NCBI RefSeq assembly: GCF_964355755.1
Contig: NC_092670.1
Coordinates: forward strand, 32,042,388 to 32,106,387
Reading direction: 5' to 3'
Length of the DNA stretch: 64,000 nucleotides
Origin: Antedon mediterranea
Lineage: Eukaryota; Animalia; Echinodermata
The translations under genes were made by a program, and so were the position numbers. Shown here one piece after another: positions 39,001 to 52,199 of the stretch; position 1 is the stretch's first letter; each line of letters opens with the position of its first letter. The notes beneath the pieces are model-generated. The model did no database searches and had not been told where the DNA came from. It saw nothing but the letters and a program-made list of their open reading frames with translations.

Positions 39001-42000
39001 TTATATTGAAATTCCATTTGGTATGTTATCGGGATGGAGATTGTTGTAGGGAAATTCTCTGGTAGCATTTCTTTTATCAATCGTAGTTGCTGCACTTCTG
39101 AGGTCCCTTCGGAATCTAAAAGAACAAAAGGTGTTTACCATTATGGAAACTTTTCGACATGGCACCATGGCAAGAACATTGCTCACGCATGGGTAATTAC
39201 CAATCGAAATTGTGATAGGTTTCGCTACTTTAGAAGTGGGGAACGATCATTTCTCTTTTAAGTATGCCCTCACATTTGATATCACACGCCATGCAATCGA
39301 AGCCTGAATCTAAGAAAACAGAAATGGTTCCATTCAAGACTATTTTATTACGCACGGAATTGAGGTTATAGTATGGAGAGCTGAAACATTTTTGTTTAAA
39401 GTGTATGGGCTTTGATTGTTGAGTAAAGATAGCGTACATGAGCTCGATTCCAGGGGTGGCGCCAGGATCTTCCCGACGCGGGGGCTACATTCCCCGACGA
39501 GGGGGCTATGCGAGCGAAGCGAGCATCACAAGGCTGGGGGACAGGGGGCCGCCAAGGGCCCCCGGTGGGGGTCCAGGGGGAGAAGCCCCGGGAGCAACGC
39601 GTTCTAGCGTCATTTGAGGTCATTTTAACCAGATTTAGTGTAGCCATTTTTTCCATTTTTTATAATGCATAAATAAAATACTGCGTGCAAAAAAACGATG
39701 CGCGATGACTGTTTCAATCCATATTTTTTCAATTTAAAAAATAAAAGTTCAAAGAAAATTTAGAAAAATAGAGTTGGAGGTCCTGGAAATTGGACTTATT
39801 ATACTTCAAAACATGAAACAAAATATATAAGTCCCTATCATGGTTGTGACTGAGCTAAGAAATGTTTGAAAAATAGAGATGTTAGGTCCCGGAAAATGCA
39901 CTTCTTGTACTTCGAAATATGACCAGCTTTATTGTTGGGGCTGAGCTAAGAAAATGTTTAAAACTAGAGCTGCAGGTCTTCAAAAAATTGCATTTTATAC
40001 TTTGGAAACATCAGGCCCAGAGGCTTAAAAAAACGCAAGCGTAGACCTTTTTCAGTCGGGGAAATAAGTGTATTCCTCCCAAGTGTATGCCTGCGTACCA
40101 TCTGGACTTCCGAGTGGTGAGAAATTCATGACATACAGCACATTGAAAATTTAATAACTTAGCTATAATAAGATGTTGGCTAAGCGAAAATGTTATGTTT
40201 TTTTGTTTAGTAATGGATGAAATATTTATTCTAGGTGCCCCACGGTACAGAAGGTTACTTGTAAATTAAAAAATTGGTGAACATACGAACAATTAACATA
40301 ATTCGTTTATTGCTGTAGTAGTGTATACGTCGACACAGTACACGACGTAACCGTCGGTAAACTTCGCCTGGAAAATAACTACAGTACACATTTTGGTCCC
40401 TGGATGGAACATGATATCACCAGGGAGTTGTTCTAATAACAACTCCCTGATATCACGACCCAACGTTGAACGATTCGTACAAAGGGATACCGCCAGACAA
40501 GTGCGTACCTATAGCTATTGTTTAGTAGTAAGTTAGATCGCTGGCAATAATGAATGCATATAAAGTTCATAATATCACTCTGACGTACTCTCACGGTCAA
40601 TGAAACGTCGAGGTTTTCTAGGCGCTGAAAGCTACGAAGTGAACGCGAACGAATTATATTCCCCGACAAAAAGTACCCGAACCGTCGGTAAACTTCGCCT
40701 GGAAAATAACTACATTACACATTTTGGTCCCTGGATGGAACTTGATATCACGCGTCTCGACCCAACGTTGAACGATTCGTACAAAGGGATACCGCCAGAC
40801 AAGTGCGTACCTAGCTAATGTTTAGTAGTAAGTTAGATCGCTGGCAATAATGAATGCATATAAATTGCATAATAGCACTCTGACGTACTCTCACGGTCAA
40901 TGAGACGTCGCGGTTTTCTAGGCGCTGAAGCTACCAAGTGAACGCGAACGTTTTTTACTGTATATTATATTCCCCGACAAAAAGTACCCGTGTTCCCTTC
41001 GGTAACCGTCGGTAAACTTCGCCTGGAAAATAACTACATTACACATTTTGGTCCCTGGATGGAACATGATATCACGCGTCTCGACCCAACGGTGAACGAT
41101 TCGTACAAAGGGATACCGCCAAACAAGTGCGTACTAGCTATTGTTTAGTAGTTAGATCTCTGGCAATAATGAATGCATAAAAGTTCCCTCTGACGTACTC
41201 TCACGGTCAATGGAACGTCGTGGTTTTCTAGGCGCTGAAGCTATATGAAGTGAACGCGAACGTTTTTTACTGTATGTTATATTCCCCGACAAAAAGTACC
41301 CGTGTTCCCCGACGGGGGGGCTAGGCTCCCCGACGAGGGGGCTAGAGCCCCCGTAGCCCCCCCGCTGGCGCCACCACTGCTCGATTCACTATAAAATGGT
41401 ATAATGAGCCCTCATTGTAGACCTGCTCAACGTTAACACATTGCGTAAGCGCAACGCAAGTGATTTGTTGACCAATCACAAGCGATGGATTACTGTCAAT
41501 GGTCAAATTACGTATGTGTGTGCCTACGACGTCCCTTCGTTGAGTCAAAGCGGCGGAATCAAGCATAAAGCTACATTCATTTTATTTGTTTTACAGACGA
41601 AAGATGGTACCGTTCAATTCTTTGATGTTCTATTTTATACAGCGCCGTCTTCCGCCGTTCCATGAAACGGATCAAGTATGAATTTAGCTTTATAAGCATT
41701 TTTTTCTTAGCTTAGGCTTATTTATTCTTCAGTTTTTATTGCAAGAAAATTAGAATAGAAACCAGAAATATTAGTAATGTTGTTATTTAGATAAATGTTT
41801 AGGATGAATTAAATTGCTGTTCTTACTGTTGTAAAGCTTCGCAACATTCTTCACTGTATAACCACGTGCTTTCAAATTCACCAAGTTTACTTTTACTTAT
41901 TAAACTCCATAGTTTGACAACAGCAAGCATTCCAAGCATCTTGTTCTTTTCTGGTAATGCCGCCATTAAATCAGATTCTGTCCGTTCAGACTATAGATGA

Positions 42001-45000
42001 AAATAATAATTATTTATTTGAGTGAATCGTCGGCAGACGTAGGCCTATTTTATTTTATTCAATACACAGCCAAGATATACAAACAACTTCCGACAGGCAG
42101 AGAGTAAGCCTACCCTGTACAAAACTGTTGACACCAAACAGCTTTTACCATTTTAGATCTAAAAACGGTTACAATTGAACATTGAAATTTGGATGTTTGA
42201 AATAAATCTCTCTTTGTGACGTCTAGGCCTACTCGTCATCATCCATTTTATAACTTCAAAACAAGGATATTTATACAGTAAGCCTACCTTGTCCATAGGC
42301 GGATCTCCCCTCAGCAGGGTTGGGTAGGCTGGTGGATAGGCGTATGATTCGTAAATGTTATGTTGTGATGATGCATATCCAGCACTAGCTATGTAGATTA
42401 TCACTGTGAACATTTCAATAACCTGTTCACGAGATTCGAACCCATCATTTCCTGGTAAACCCTGTTAAGAAAATATTACCGTTTTAGTACAATGAGTGAA
42501 TTTACTACAAAACGATATCCTCGTCATCTAGCTTGAACGGGTTAATACCATTGATGAGGACCACCTCTCAACCCTCCCGATAATAGAAAAAAGTCAGATT
42601 GTTCGAGGAGAGTCATCTCACGCTCTACCGCTAAAATTCAGATTCTCCCAATGGAAAAATAAAAAATAAAACAAAACTTCAGATTATAATTGTAACTACT
42701 GTACTCTAGATAGAGAAACAGAATACACGTATCAGTCCCTAAGATATTTATAATCAATTCATGCATTGTTTAATCAGAGAAGAGTAAAATTACGCTTGTA
42801 CACTTGCCCAGGTTTCATAAGTGAATAAGTTGGCACCATATTCTCCGGGTTCGCACGTCTGACATACGTACCCATGTTTACGCATTGTCCCGTGTATAAT
42901 AAATAACAAATACTGTATTTAGTAAAGTGTGGTTCCCACTAGCGACGCAACACAAAGACGTAACGCAACGCAAGTGAATTGACCAATCACAAGCGATGGC
43001 TTATTCGCTTGCGATAGCTAACTGTCTATAACTTCGCTTGTCATTGGTTAAAACGCTTGCGTTGCGTTTACGTCTTTGCGTTACGTTCTAATGGAAACCA
43101 AGCTTTAGAAGCAACAAACCATTCAGATTTATAAAGGAATATATCATTTAGGCCTACAATAACATTATTTTCTTTACCGGTATCGCACATCCACCAGCAT
43201 CTACGTTCTTCGACAGAGTGCTTCGAAAGCCATGCAATTCAAAGTCATTTTCAACCTGATCGTCTGTCTCTAAAATATGATAAAATCACGTATATAGGCT
43301 TAATATTCGTTAAGAATTACTTTTTGATGATCAAAAACATATTTGAAAAACAAGTTTTACGAAATTGTTCTCAACGTGCACGAAACTGTTTTGAACAACT
43401 TTTCAAGAAGAAAATGTAAGTAAGAAATCCTTAAATAAAACCTAAAGAACTTTTAAAACTCTAACGACATTCTTTTCTTTTCCTTTAAGCTACCGGTACA
43501 ATGTTTATCACTCCCAAATGTTAATGGTATATAGGCTTTTAAACATATTTAAAATTAATTGAATTACCAAACAATGGAAATACTATAAGAATACGCACAA
43601 ACCAATGCTGTCGATTTGCGCGAATAAATTGCCAGTGGAAAACAGGCTTAAGGTTGTCAATTACTATTGGCCTTTACGTTTTGCCAGATATAAAAAACAG
43701 CTACGCTCAAGAATAGTGTGAACGGCCGGTCATGATATAGCCTACTAATAGAGGTGGACTAAATCAAGGCTTACTGTAATACGCGTTGACAACAGTCGCT
43801 ACATATTTCTTAATGGCGTTCCATATGAGTAGACCGTCGTCCCTGTAGTGAAAATTTGGCAGGACGTCCTCATCAAACACTCCGCGTGCTTTCAAGTTTG
43901 TAGGGAGTACTTCTGTGGTTTGAACTGTTCGAGTTTTACAATCGTTTCGGACAATTTTGAAGGAGCCTTCGCAGCCCATCTTGAAGAAGGAATCGAATGT
44001 ACCATTACTTCCAATCAGTTTGTTAATAACTTGGCTGAATGTAAAGATACAAAATAAATCTCAAACAATTTGTTACAGGAACTTATCTTTTGAGTAAAAA
44101 CTATAAAGTCAGGTTTGCGGTGTATAGGTTCACACCATGTGTTTCCAAAAGGAAGTTTGGAATGTTTCGACGTTTCCGTTGATATTAATTACATAACCAC
44201 GAAGAGTAAAGGCACACACATGGTATACCGCAAACCTGGCTTTACGAATGGTTATACGACATGTAAAATAAATAACTAGTAGGCCTAGGCCATAAAGCCA
44301 AATTTGCAGTACACTCTTTTCAAAAAGGAAGTCACAGTATGTGTGTGTACCGCAAACCCGGATTTAATATTATAACATTGCTCATCATGCAACATTAGAT
44401 TCTTAAAGTACGTGTTTTCCAAATTGTGGCTTAAATAATGAGCGGATAACACCATGAAAGAGTGATTTAACTTCACTTTTTCTTGTCAGCACTGTAGAGC
44501 CACACGAATTCAGAAATCAACTTTAGTTCCCATGTCAAAATAAAACCTCTTTTAAAAGACAATAGATGAACAATATTGTCTATTGTGTTATTTATTTAGC
44601 GCCGCGGCAAGAAGAAAGTTTCCATTATAAGGACAAGATATCTTTCGTATGAGAAAATACACCATCTCGTTCGTCTTTCTTGGCTGTCAATTTTATAACA
44701 ATAACAAAAAAGATGTTTGTGTCAAACACCAGTAAGATGTTTGTATCAAACACCCGTAGGCCTACATACCTATTGGTAGCCATTACATCCTGTAAATGAG
44801 GAGCAAGCAACCTGTGGAGAGGATGAGAAAGAGAAAGATGTCTGTGCATCGTAACAGCCACTGACTCCAAGATGAAGTAGATAAAGCAGTAAGTCGAAGA
44901 CTGGTGGTAAGAAACGTCTGCTAAATTGAACCACATCTTGGCTAACTTCCATGTGTATTCCGGGTCATTCGGCAAGAAAACCTGTCAATTCGATAGAATA

Positions 45001-45677
45001 ATGTATTAATATTCTATTTATTTTGTTACTATTTTTTATTTTTTATAACCAAAATAGTTTGACTAACAAATTTTTTTTCATTTCTTTTCGCTTTATTTTG
45101 TAAAATTTCCCGGACTTTTTTTCTATTTTTATCTAAGTTTCTGAAATTGAAAACAATGGAAAACCAGTCTGGTGAATTACTGTGGTATGACAAATAGTTA
45201 GAAATGTTAGAATTTCTTCCTATATTTCACGTTTTGATCATAATTGTCTTTATCTTCCTGTGGAAAATATTACATTTTGTTTCACTAGACTAATTATAAT
45301 TTCCATAGTTGTGGACGAATAAAGTTATTTTCTTAAACACTACCAAAACCAAAATGTTGAAATGTACCGGAGGTTTAACAGCAGCATGCGGAGGCGCCCT
45401 CGTTAGTTGAATTGCGATTGGTCGAAGTTTTTTATCGCCTCCAAGGAAATATAATGCAAACGGACATGGTAACTGAAAGATAATAAATTCAAAATGCTGG
45501 TACAGTATTGTCTATTTTTATGGTAGATGTAAATTAGACTTTATACACAGTAGCTAAATTCTGTGTATCTAGGCACATTTATGATAAATGTGACCTTGTT
45601 TTTACCTAAACCTTAAGCTCTGCTTACACTCTCATCTAGTAATACTATTATAGTATAGTGATATGACGTCATCGTGT

Positions 45678-45714
<37 letters not shown>

Positions 45715-48700
45715 ACATACAAGTTTGGTAGTGTAAACAGAGCTTTAATTAGACTTTATACACAGTAGCTAAATTATTCTAGTGTAGCTAAGCACATTAT
45801 TATGTACGAGATTATTTTTACCCAAACCTTAATCTAACCTCAAAATAATTCTTATAATTTAGTTGGAACATATGGCTTTGTATATATTCCTATTGTACAT
45901 GGAGATCCGCTACAGCAGTACAGAGGTTTTATTGTTGTATTAGAATTATATGTGAATGAATGCAGAGTGTAATTTACTAGATCTAAAAAAACATGTATTT
46001 ACTCACATATTTAATATCAACCATCACGTGATAGTCTATAACAAAAATACGTTTTTTTGTTAAAGCTTCTTCAAATTTTAACCCTTCAAGAAACGGCTCA
46101 ACCATATCTTCTGTGACGTAAAACCTGCAAAAAACATAACAAAAGAAAGGACTAAGATCAAGGAATGATTGTATGGTGTATAATATTAGAATTGTTCGCT
46201 TATTTATCCATGGATTAACGTATTGACAAAAGTTACGCATACAAACTTATGAAATATTAACCAGCTTTTTAATTTCAACTGGGCATATAAGCTTCGGATT
46301 AAGTTAACTGCTACTGAAACAATTTCTTAAAAGCCGTGTAAGTAGAATTTGTTTACTAACGAACCACTCGAAATCTATTTTTTAAAAGATAAATCTACAA
46401 TTAATGCCGCTAATCTCAAACAAAAACGTTCACGTTCAGGATTTGACATGTTTTTTAAAGAAGCTTTAATATTAACTAGGCCCAAATTTTCGACAAACTA
46501 AAAACGGTGATATTTGACCATCATTTTGTTACGTTATTTGTTGTAAATGTTTGAACTTTGCGTCAGGATGGTCATTGAGAAGTATGTACTTGTTATAAAG
46601 TACAAATTACGTCAGGGTAGGGCATCATCAATATTTGACCAATTACGTTATTTGTTAGTACGTTGTATTAAGACAGTGATCAATTGCAATCCTGTATGCG
46701 TTTACATAGTTAACAAGGCCATATACATGGCTGCAGCGCAGTCGCGTGCGCAAATTTGAGTTAGTGTTTACCAACCAACCGACCGACATAGTGACTGTGG
46801 ACTGTGGACTCGCGTTACACGCGACTAAAAATAAATAACAAATCGTAAGAAATAGAGAGAACGTGAAAACTAACTAGTGTAGATTAATACATCAAATGTG
46901 ACAAGCTATTATGAAGCAATATCATAAAATGTACATACCCTTCTGGTAATTTTTCACAGAGTTTAATTTGAGTTGGGTTACATCCATTGAGGGCATTGTT
47001 TCCAAATACTTCATCGCTGTCCCACGTGTCGATAGACTGTTGAAATAACATAACATTGTATATAACAATCTTGGCCTCTTCGTTCACGAAAATTCCAAAA
47101 AGAATATAAACTAGATTGACCACAAATTAGTGCCACTGAATAATCACCATACAGTCCATATTGTATACTCTAGATTTGGTTCATTTACTTTATTCCTGTT
47201 GTTTATACCGAATAACACCAAGGCTAGGCATATTTATTTATCTAGCTGCACCATTCACCTTTCAATCGATGACACTGGCAAACACAACATGTCAGTAGGC
47301 TATATGTAATATTTAACGATTCAAAATATTTACAAGCAATTACAATACAATATACATGGCAATCAGGGAGTAATTTATTTCATAAAATAACATTTTTTTT
47401 ACCAGATAAATAAATATCAAAATATAAATGACTGCAATCAATTTGTACAATCATGAAATTAGAAATAATCTTTGGCGATCAATATATAGGCTTATCCATT
47501 TTAACAACATTGTTTTAGAATTTTTTTATATAGATGCAGTGCACATCATAACAAGAAAGGACAGGAATGATAGAACAAATTAATAACAAGATGGTCGTTA
47601 CCTTATATTTCATTTACAATGCAAATCCAAACAAGACAAAGATTTTAGTTGGTCTTCTTGTCAAATAAGTAAATAAATGTAACTATTATTATTATTTTAC
47701 ATTTTGACAATAAAGTATGTAAAAAACCAGTAGGCCTAATTTCATTCTCTTTTGATCTAAATAAGACAATTCGTTCTTAATTGAAAACCTTGGTAAAAAA
47801 CGTATTCTGTCCGAAAAAGTGCGCAGAGCTCTCCAAAAAGAAAAACATTATGTAGGATTGTTGGTGATTATACGAAACATACAAAGAGAAGCTAGATATT
47901 CTGACGACTGCTCTTGATGGTGATTTTGGTATATACTAATACGTTTCTGACAAAAAGGAACGGGAGACATACAACTTACCGATGGCCGATGAAAAGTGTA
48001 CTTATAAATTGTTTCAAAGTCAGCAAGAGATTTGAAGTTTCTAGCAGTAGCTATTGCGATTAATTCAGAGTTGATTCGAAGTTTACGGGCGGTTGATGTA
48101 AACGATTTCTAACAGAAACAAACAAATACACACACTATTTAATTTGATATACAAGAGATACTCAACAGTTCTTTTCAGAAGTAAGGTAGTGTACCGCGAA
48201 CTTTAAATCAACATATCAACATCCTGATGTTGTCTGGTTAAAAATTTAATGAAATCCTAAATTCACTGAATTGACAGATAAGATTAATTAAGGCTTTAAT
48301 TGGTTTCAATTGAGGCGTTCTTCTAAATAGGACTCTTTGGTGGGCTTCTTTATCTTAAATTGATTTCAATATTACATTTTTTAAAGATTACTTTTGCAAA
48401 CCAAATTGATGGGTTTCTTTTTTTGGTCTACATATTATGTATAATGCTCTATAAAAACAGTTTCTGAAAGGGGATACATTTTCAAGAATTATAAATATTT
48501 ACCAGTTGATCCGACCGAAACTTTTCGTCACTGGGAAGTGTTCGTACCTGAAAAATAATTTACATTACTAATTCAATTCAATTGAATTAGCCACTAATCC
48601 GCATCAATTGCAAATGCAAATTAATCTAAATTAAATGCATAATAATTACTTAATTAATTATTTCATTACTTGTTGGAGTATCGGTAAATTAGGCCTATAC

Positions 48701-50815
48701 ATAACATTATAAAGTAAAAGTATTTATTTAAATGTTTAATTACGTCAATGAATAATAATACTTTTTGCTATTTTTAAATACATGTACATGCATGTGTACA
48801 ATTATTCATTTGAATGTTATGTTTTTAAATAGGTAACGCTTTTAATGTTTTAATTATTACATTTTTAATATTCTAAACAGATTTTCTCAATTTCCGAAAT
48901 CAATAAATTTTACTGATTACCGATTATCGGAAATTTCATTACCATGGAGACAAGATCGATACAGAATGTATATGTTCATATAGGCCTACCTGTACAGGTA
49001 AACCAGGAATCTTCTGCCAATATTTGTAAACGTTTCGTTTTCCCAAGAGTTCCTCTTTACGCTGTCTATGCTCGGAGTCAAGCTGAGGTAATTGACAGTC
49101 ATATCGACTCCATCTGAAAAATAATCACAGATAATAATAATAACGCTATGGTGTTTGAGCATGCATAGTCCGAGTTTCTAAATACCCATTTTTCAGCCGT
49201 AGTAAACAGTAAGCTACCGTACGGTAACTGTTTCCTAATGATTCTGTTCTCTTGTATATAACTGCCTAAAGAAGGAGCGGCGTGAAAAGAATAAAAATTA
49301 TAATGAATAAAAGAGACCGGAGGTAAATTGAAGATCACTGCATTTTTCAGAAAAAAAAAACATGTTACCAAGGAAATTATAAATGTTCATTGATTCAAGG
49401 TCAAATTTTAGAATTGTATTTTTCCATACCGATTTCTATGTTGCAACTTTTATGAAGTAAGCCTCTCCAGATAGTTTAATTAATGTTCAATTCAATTCTT
49501 ACGACTAAATGAACTAACTTTATTGTGAAAGTATTAGGATATGTTGTAGCTTTACCTTTTGCAAGGTGTCTCCAAAAAAAAGAAGAAAGAAAGAATATGC
49601 CTAGTGAAAGTAAGACTATAATATACCGGTACAAGAGCTAATTAAGACATATTGCTTGTTTAATCGTTATTTATTTGGTGTTGTATATACTGTATATATA
49701 TAAATTGTATTCACGAGACTGATGTGGAGTACAACTTGTTTAATCAATATTGATTGTTTTTACACAAGTTCGTGATATTACAAAAAAAATCAACAAAAAT
49801 ACGACAAAAAAAAAAGAAAAATTTGAAATATTGTAAGACTATTAAAACGTGTTTTGTTTGATGTTTTTATCTGTGTTTATTTTAATTGCTATATAATATA
49901 TTTGTTCACTCATAAGCCAGAATTGACTGTTTTTGTTATAAACAAAATGATTACTAGTATTTTAAAACTTGAATACAATTGGTTAAAAATGTCAGTCTTT
50001 GTGATCTTTTAGTAAATGTTTAGATAAAATCTGTAATTTAGAAGAGGGAGCACGTTCCAAAGTGGGCCAAGTACGCGTTGCCTGGAGTGCTAATCAAACT
50101 TTGTAGAGTTGAAAAATGGGTCGCCGTACTTATTTTTCCCACTGTGCCTTATTAGACTATTATATAATCCATTATATGGTGGTTATTGTTTGTTTAAGTT
50201 ATCAAATAATAACAGTTTATGAACTTTTACTATAAAACAGGGATGTTTACATTTGACAAAGGATCGACATACATTCCTAACGTATCGTAAGATTCCTACT
50301 CTATTGTATAATTGGTCTCTGACGTTTTATTACCGTCTGTTATTGTATTGTATTACCGTAGCAGACACGGGTGCGGTTTACTTGCTTATCTACCACAGAA
50401 CAGTAGCGTAAACCTTGACTGTACTATATACGTTAGGCCTACTGAATTCTCACCTTGTTTTAGTTCCGCCTTTAATCCACCTGTTGATGGGGAATTCATA
50501 AAATTTTCCGTTTACATGATCCGTAACGATAATGAACTCGACGAGCCAGTTATCCCAAAACAGCCACCTGTCTCGCCAAAGTTCAATCTTCACGATTTCA
50601 CCAAAGTCACGGAGATTCTTAATCGGGAATCGATCATTATGGCCTGGTTCAAAATCATCTCTAAACCGAACGTCGAGTTTGTAATCTTTGGATCGTTTAC
50701 CAGTATTGTTCAAAAACGCTATGAAAATATTCCCGTCTGTACCGGCTCCTTTGCGATCAGATGTTTTGACAATGACCTCGTAGTTTTCTGTAGTGTTTGA
50801 CGAAGAGTTTCCCAT
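39001..50815 (-). CDS. Lipoxygenase-family protein (PLAT/LH2 + LOX domain, 665 aa) lacking the canonical iron ligands
   Basis: 13 phase-consistent GT-AG exons: 50454-50815, 48990-49113, 48503-48547, 47980-48108, 46939-47036, 46007-46124, 45368-45472, 44770-44981, 43775-44034, 43178-43269, 42288-42461, 41827-41990, 39001-39115 (1998 nt). Motifs VKTSDRKGAGTD, WDSDEVFG..NGCNP, LRPIAIQL, WKLAKMW, HPLHRLLAPH, YRDDGLLIW, PYNNLHPDNIPNGISI*. Confidence 0.95.
39451..41379. mobile_element. Non-autonomous hAT-like DNA transposon in the last LOX intron
   Basis: TIRs CAGGGGTGGCGCCAG / CTGGCGCCACCACTG with an exact 8-bp TSD CTCGATTC (39443-39450 and 41380-41387). Confidence 0.9.
40350..41310. repeat. Three tandem copies of a ~320-bp unit inside the hAT element
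   Basis: accgtcggtaaacttcgcctggaaaataactac recurs at about 40350, 40681 and 41005. Confidence 0.9.
42925..43105. mobile_element. MITE family B, longer copy
   Basis: aagtgtggttcccactagcgacgcaac...gttacgttctaatggaaccaagctt. Confidence 0.8.
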
Positions 50816-52199
50816 GTCTGTACCACTTGACCGCCAAGAGCAATTCTAATCTGGTTATTAACAGTAGCTAGCAGGAACAACATAAAAGAGACAACAATTA
50901 TAAATTGGTGGTGAACGTCGTATCGACCGGACGCGATTTACTTCCTGAAATGTTACTCGCAATGAGTACAAATACCAGGCTCTTAAAATGAGGTCATTCC
51001 TATCGGAAACCCATGGCAACAGAGGGTTAACATAAAGGCAATTCCAATGGACAAGAAGACTCGCCTAACTTTCCTTTACGATAGGTGTTGATTGTGATTT
51101 TAGGGCAATAGACCATGAATAACGGTGTTTTGAAAAAAGGGTCAATGTCGTTCATATGCAAATTATATAATGCGAAACGAAACCATAAATAAACGTTATT
51201 ATTCAAGTGTAACTGTACACGATACAATATAAATCCCCCTTGGTGACGTTCAAGTCACTCCAGTAGGCCTAACATTGTATTCAATGTTATAACGGTTATC
51301 AACAGAAAATATAAATGAAACTAATAGAACAGATACTGTTAAATAAACACACATTATGGACCAATAAAAATAACTAATTAAAAACAAGACCACAACAGGA
51401 ACAATTATGATATAGACATTTTTAGTGTACGTATTAGGGTATAAACTTTATTTTATTGCGCACACAGTAAAAATATAATACAGTATAATGAATGTAAATG
51501 TAACTACCCCTTCACTCTGATGTTTGCACCTTTATGCCAAAAAGTATAGTACGGTCTAGGGGCATCTTGGCTAGTATTGTGACTTGATTAGTACAAATAA
51601 CATTGATTGACATTAACGTATAAGGGCCTAATTGTAAAATATTGAACTTGAATACTTACTATAGCAACTTATTTATTGTCATTCGTTTATACTTTTAACA
51701 ATAATTACATTTCTTTTTAGGTACTAACAAAACACATACACATTGATAATAATATACAATTATATTTATGTTGTCGGTAAACACATTTATAACGAGTTCC
51801 ATAACGATAAATAATCATTTTAATATTTCATTTTAGAACCATTTTATATAAGTTATTGTATATCAACAATACGTAATTTTATCCACTGAAGATGTCTATA
51901 TTGAATATATTATTAATACATATTCAGTGCTTCTTGATAAAAAAATATTTATTGAATGAAAATACTATTGCGGGCTTTGGACGGTTATGAATACAAAGGT
52001 GATTTTAGTGTTTTATAATATAAAATATTATTATATAGCTATTCTATTTTCATTAAAAAAAACTTCCCCTCGGCTATTTAAGAAGAAATAATCATTTCTT
52101 CAAGTACGCCTGAATTTATATTTACTAATTTATTTAATTTATATTATTAAATTTAAAAATCCACTTACTTAATAATGATCACAGACTATTACAAACAAA

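Noticed and set aside
40350-41310. CRISPR-like repeat array (also 20480-21365 and 53517-54045)
   Set aside because: Whole units are repeated with no unique spacers, the context is eukaryotic, and there are no cas genes.
50312-50800. 162-aa + strand ORF
   Set aside because: It is antisense to LOX exon 1 and has no recognisable features.
39001-50815. Calling the LOX a decayed pseudogene
   Set aside because: All 13 exons have canonical splice sites and compatible phases, with no stops or frameshifts, and the structural motifs are kept.
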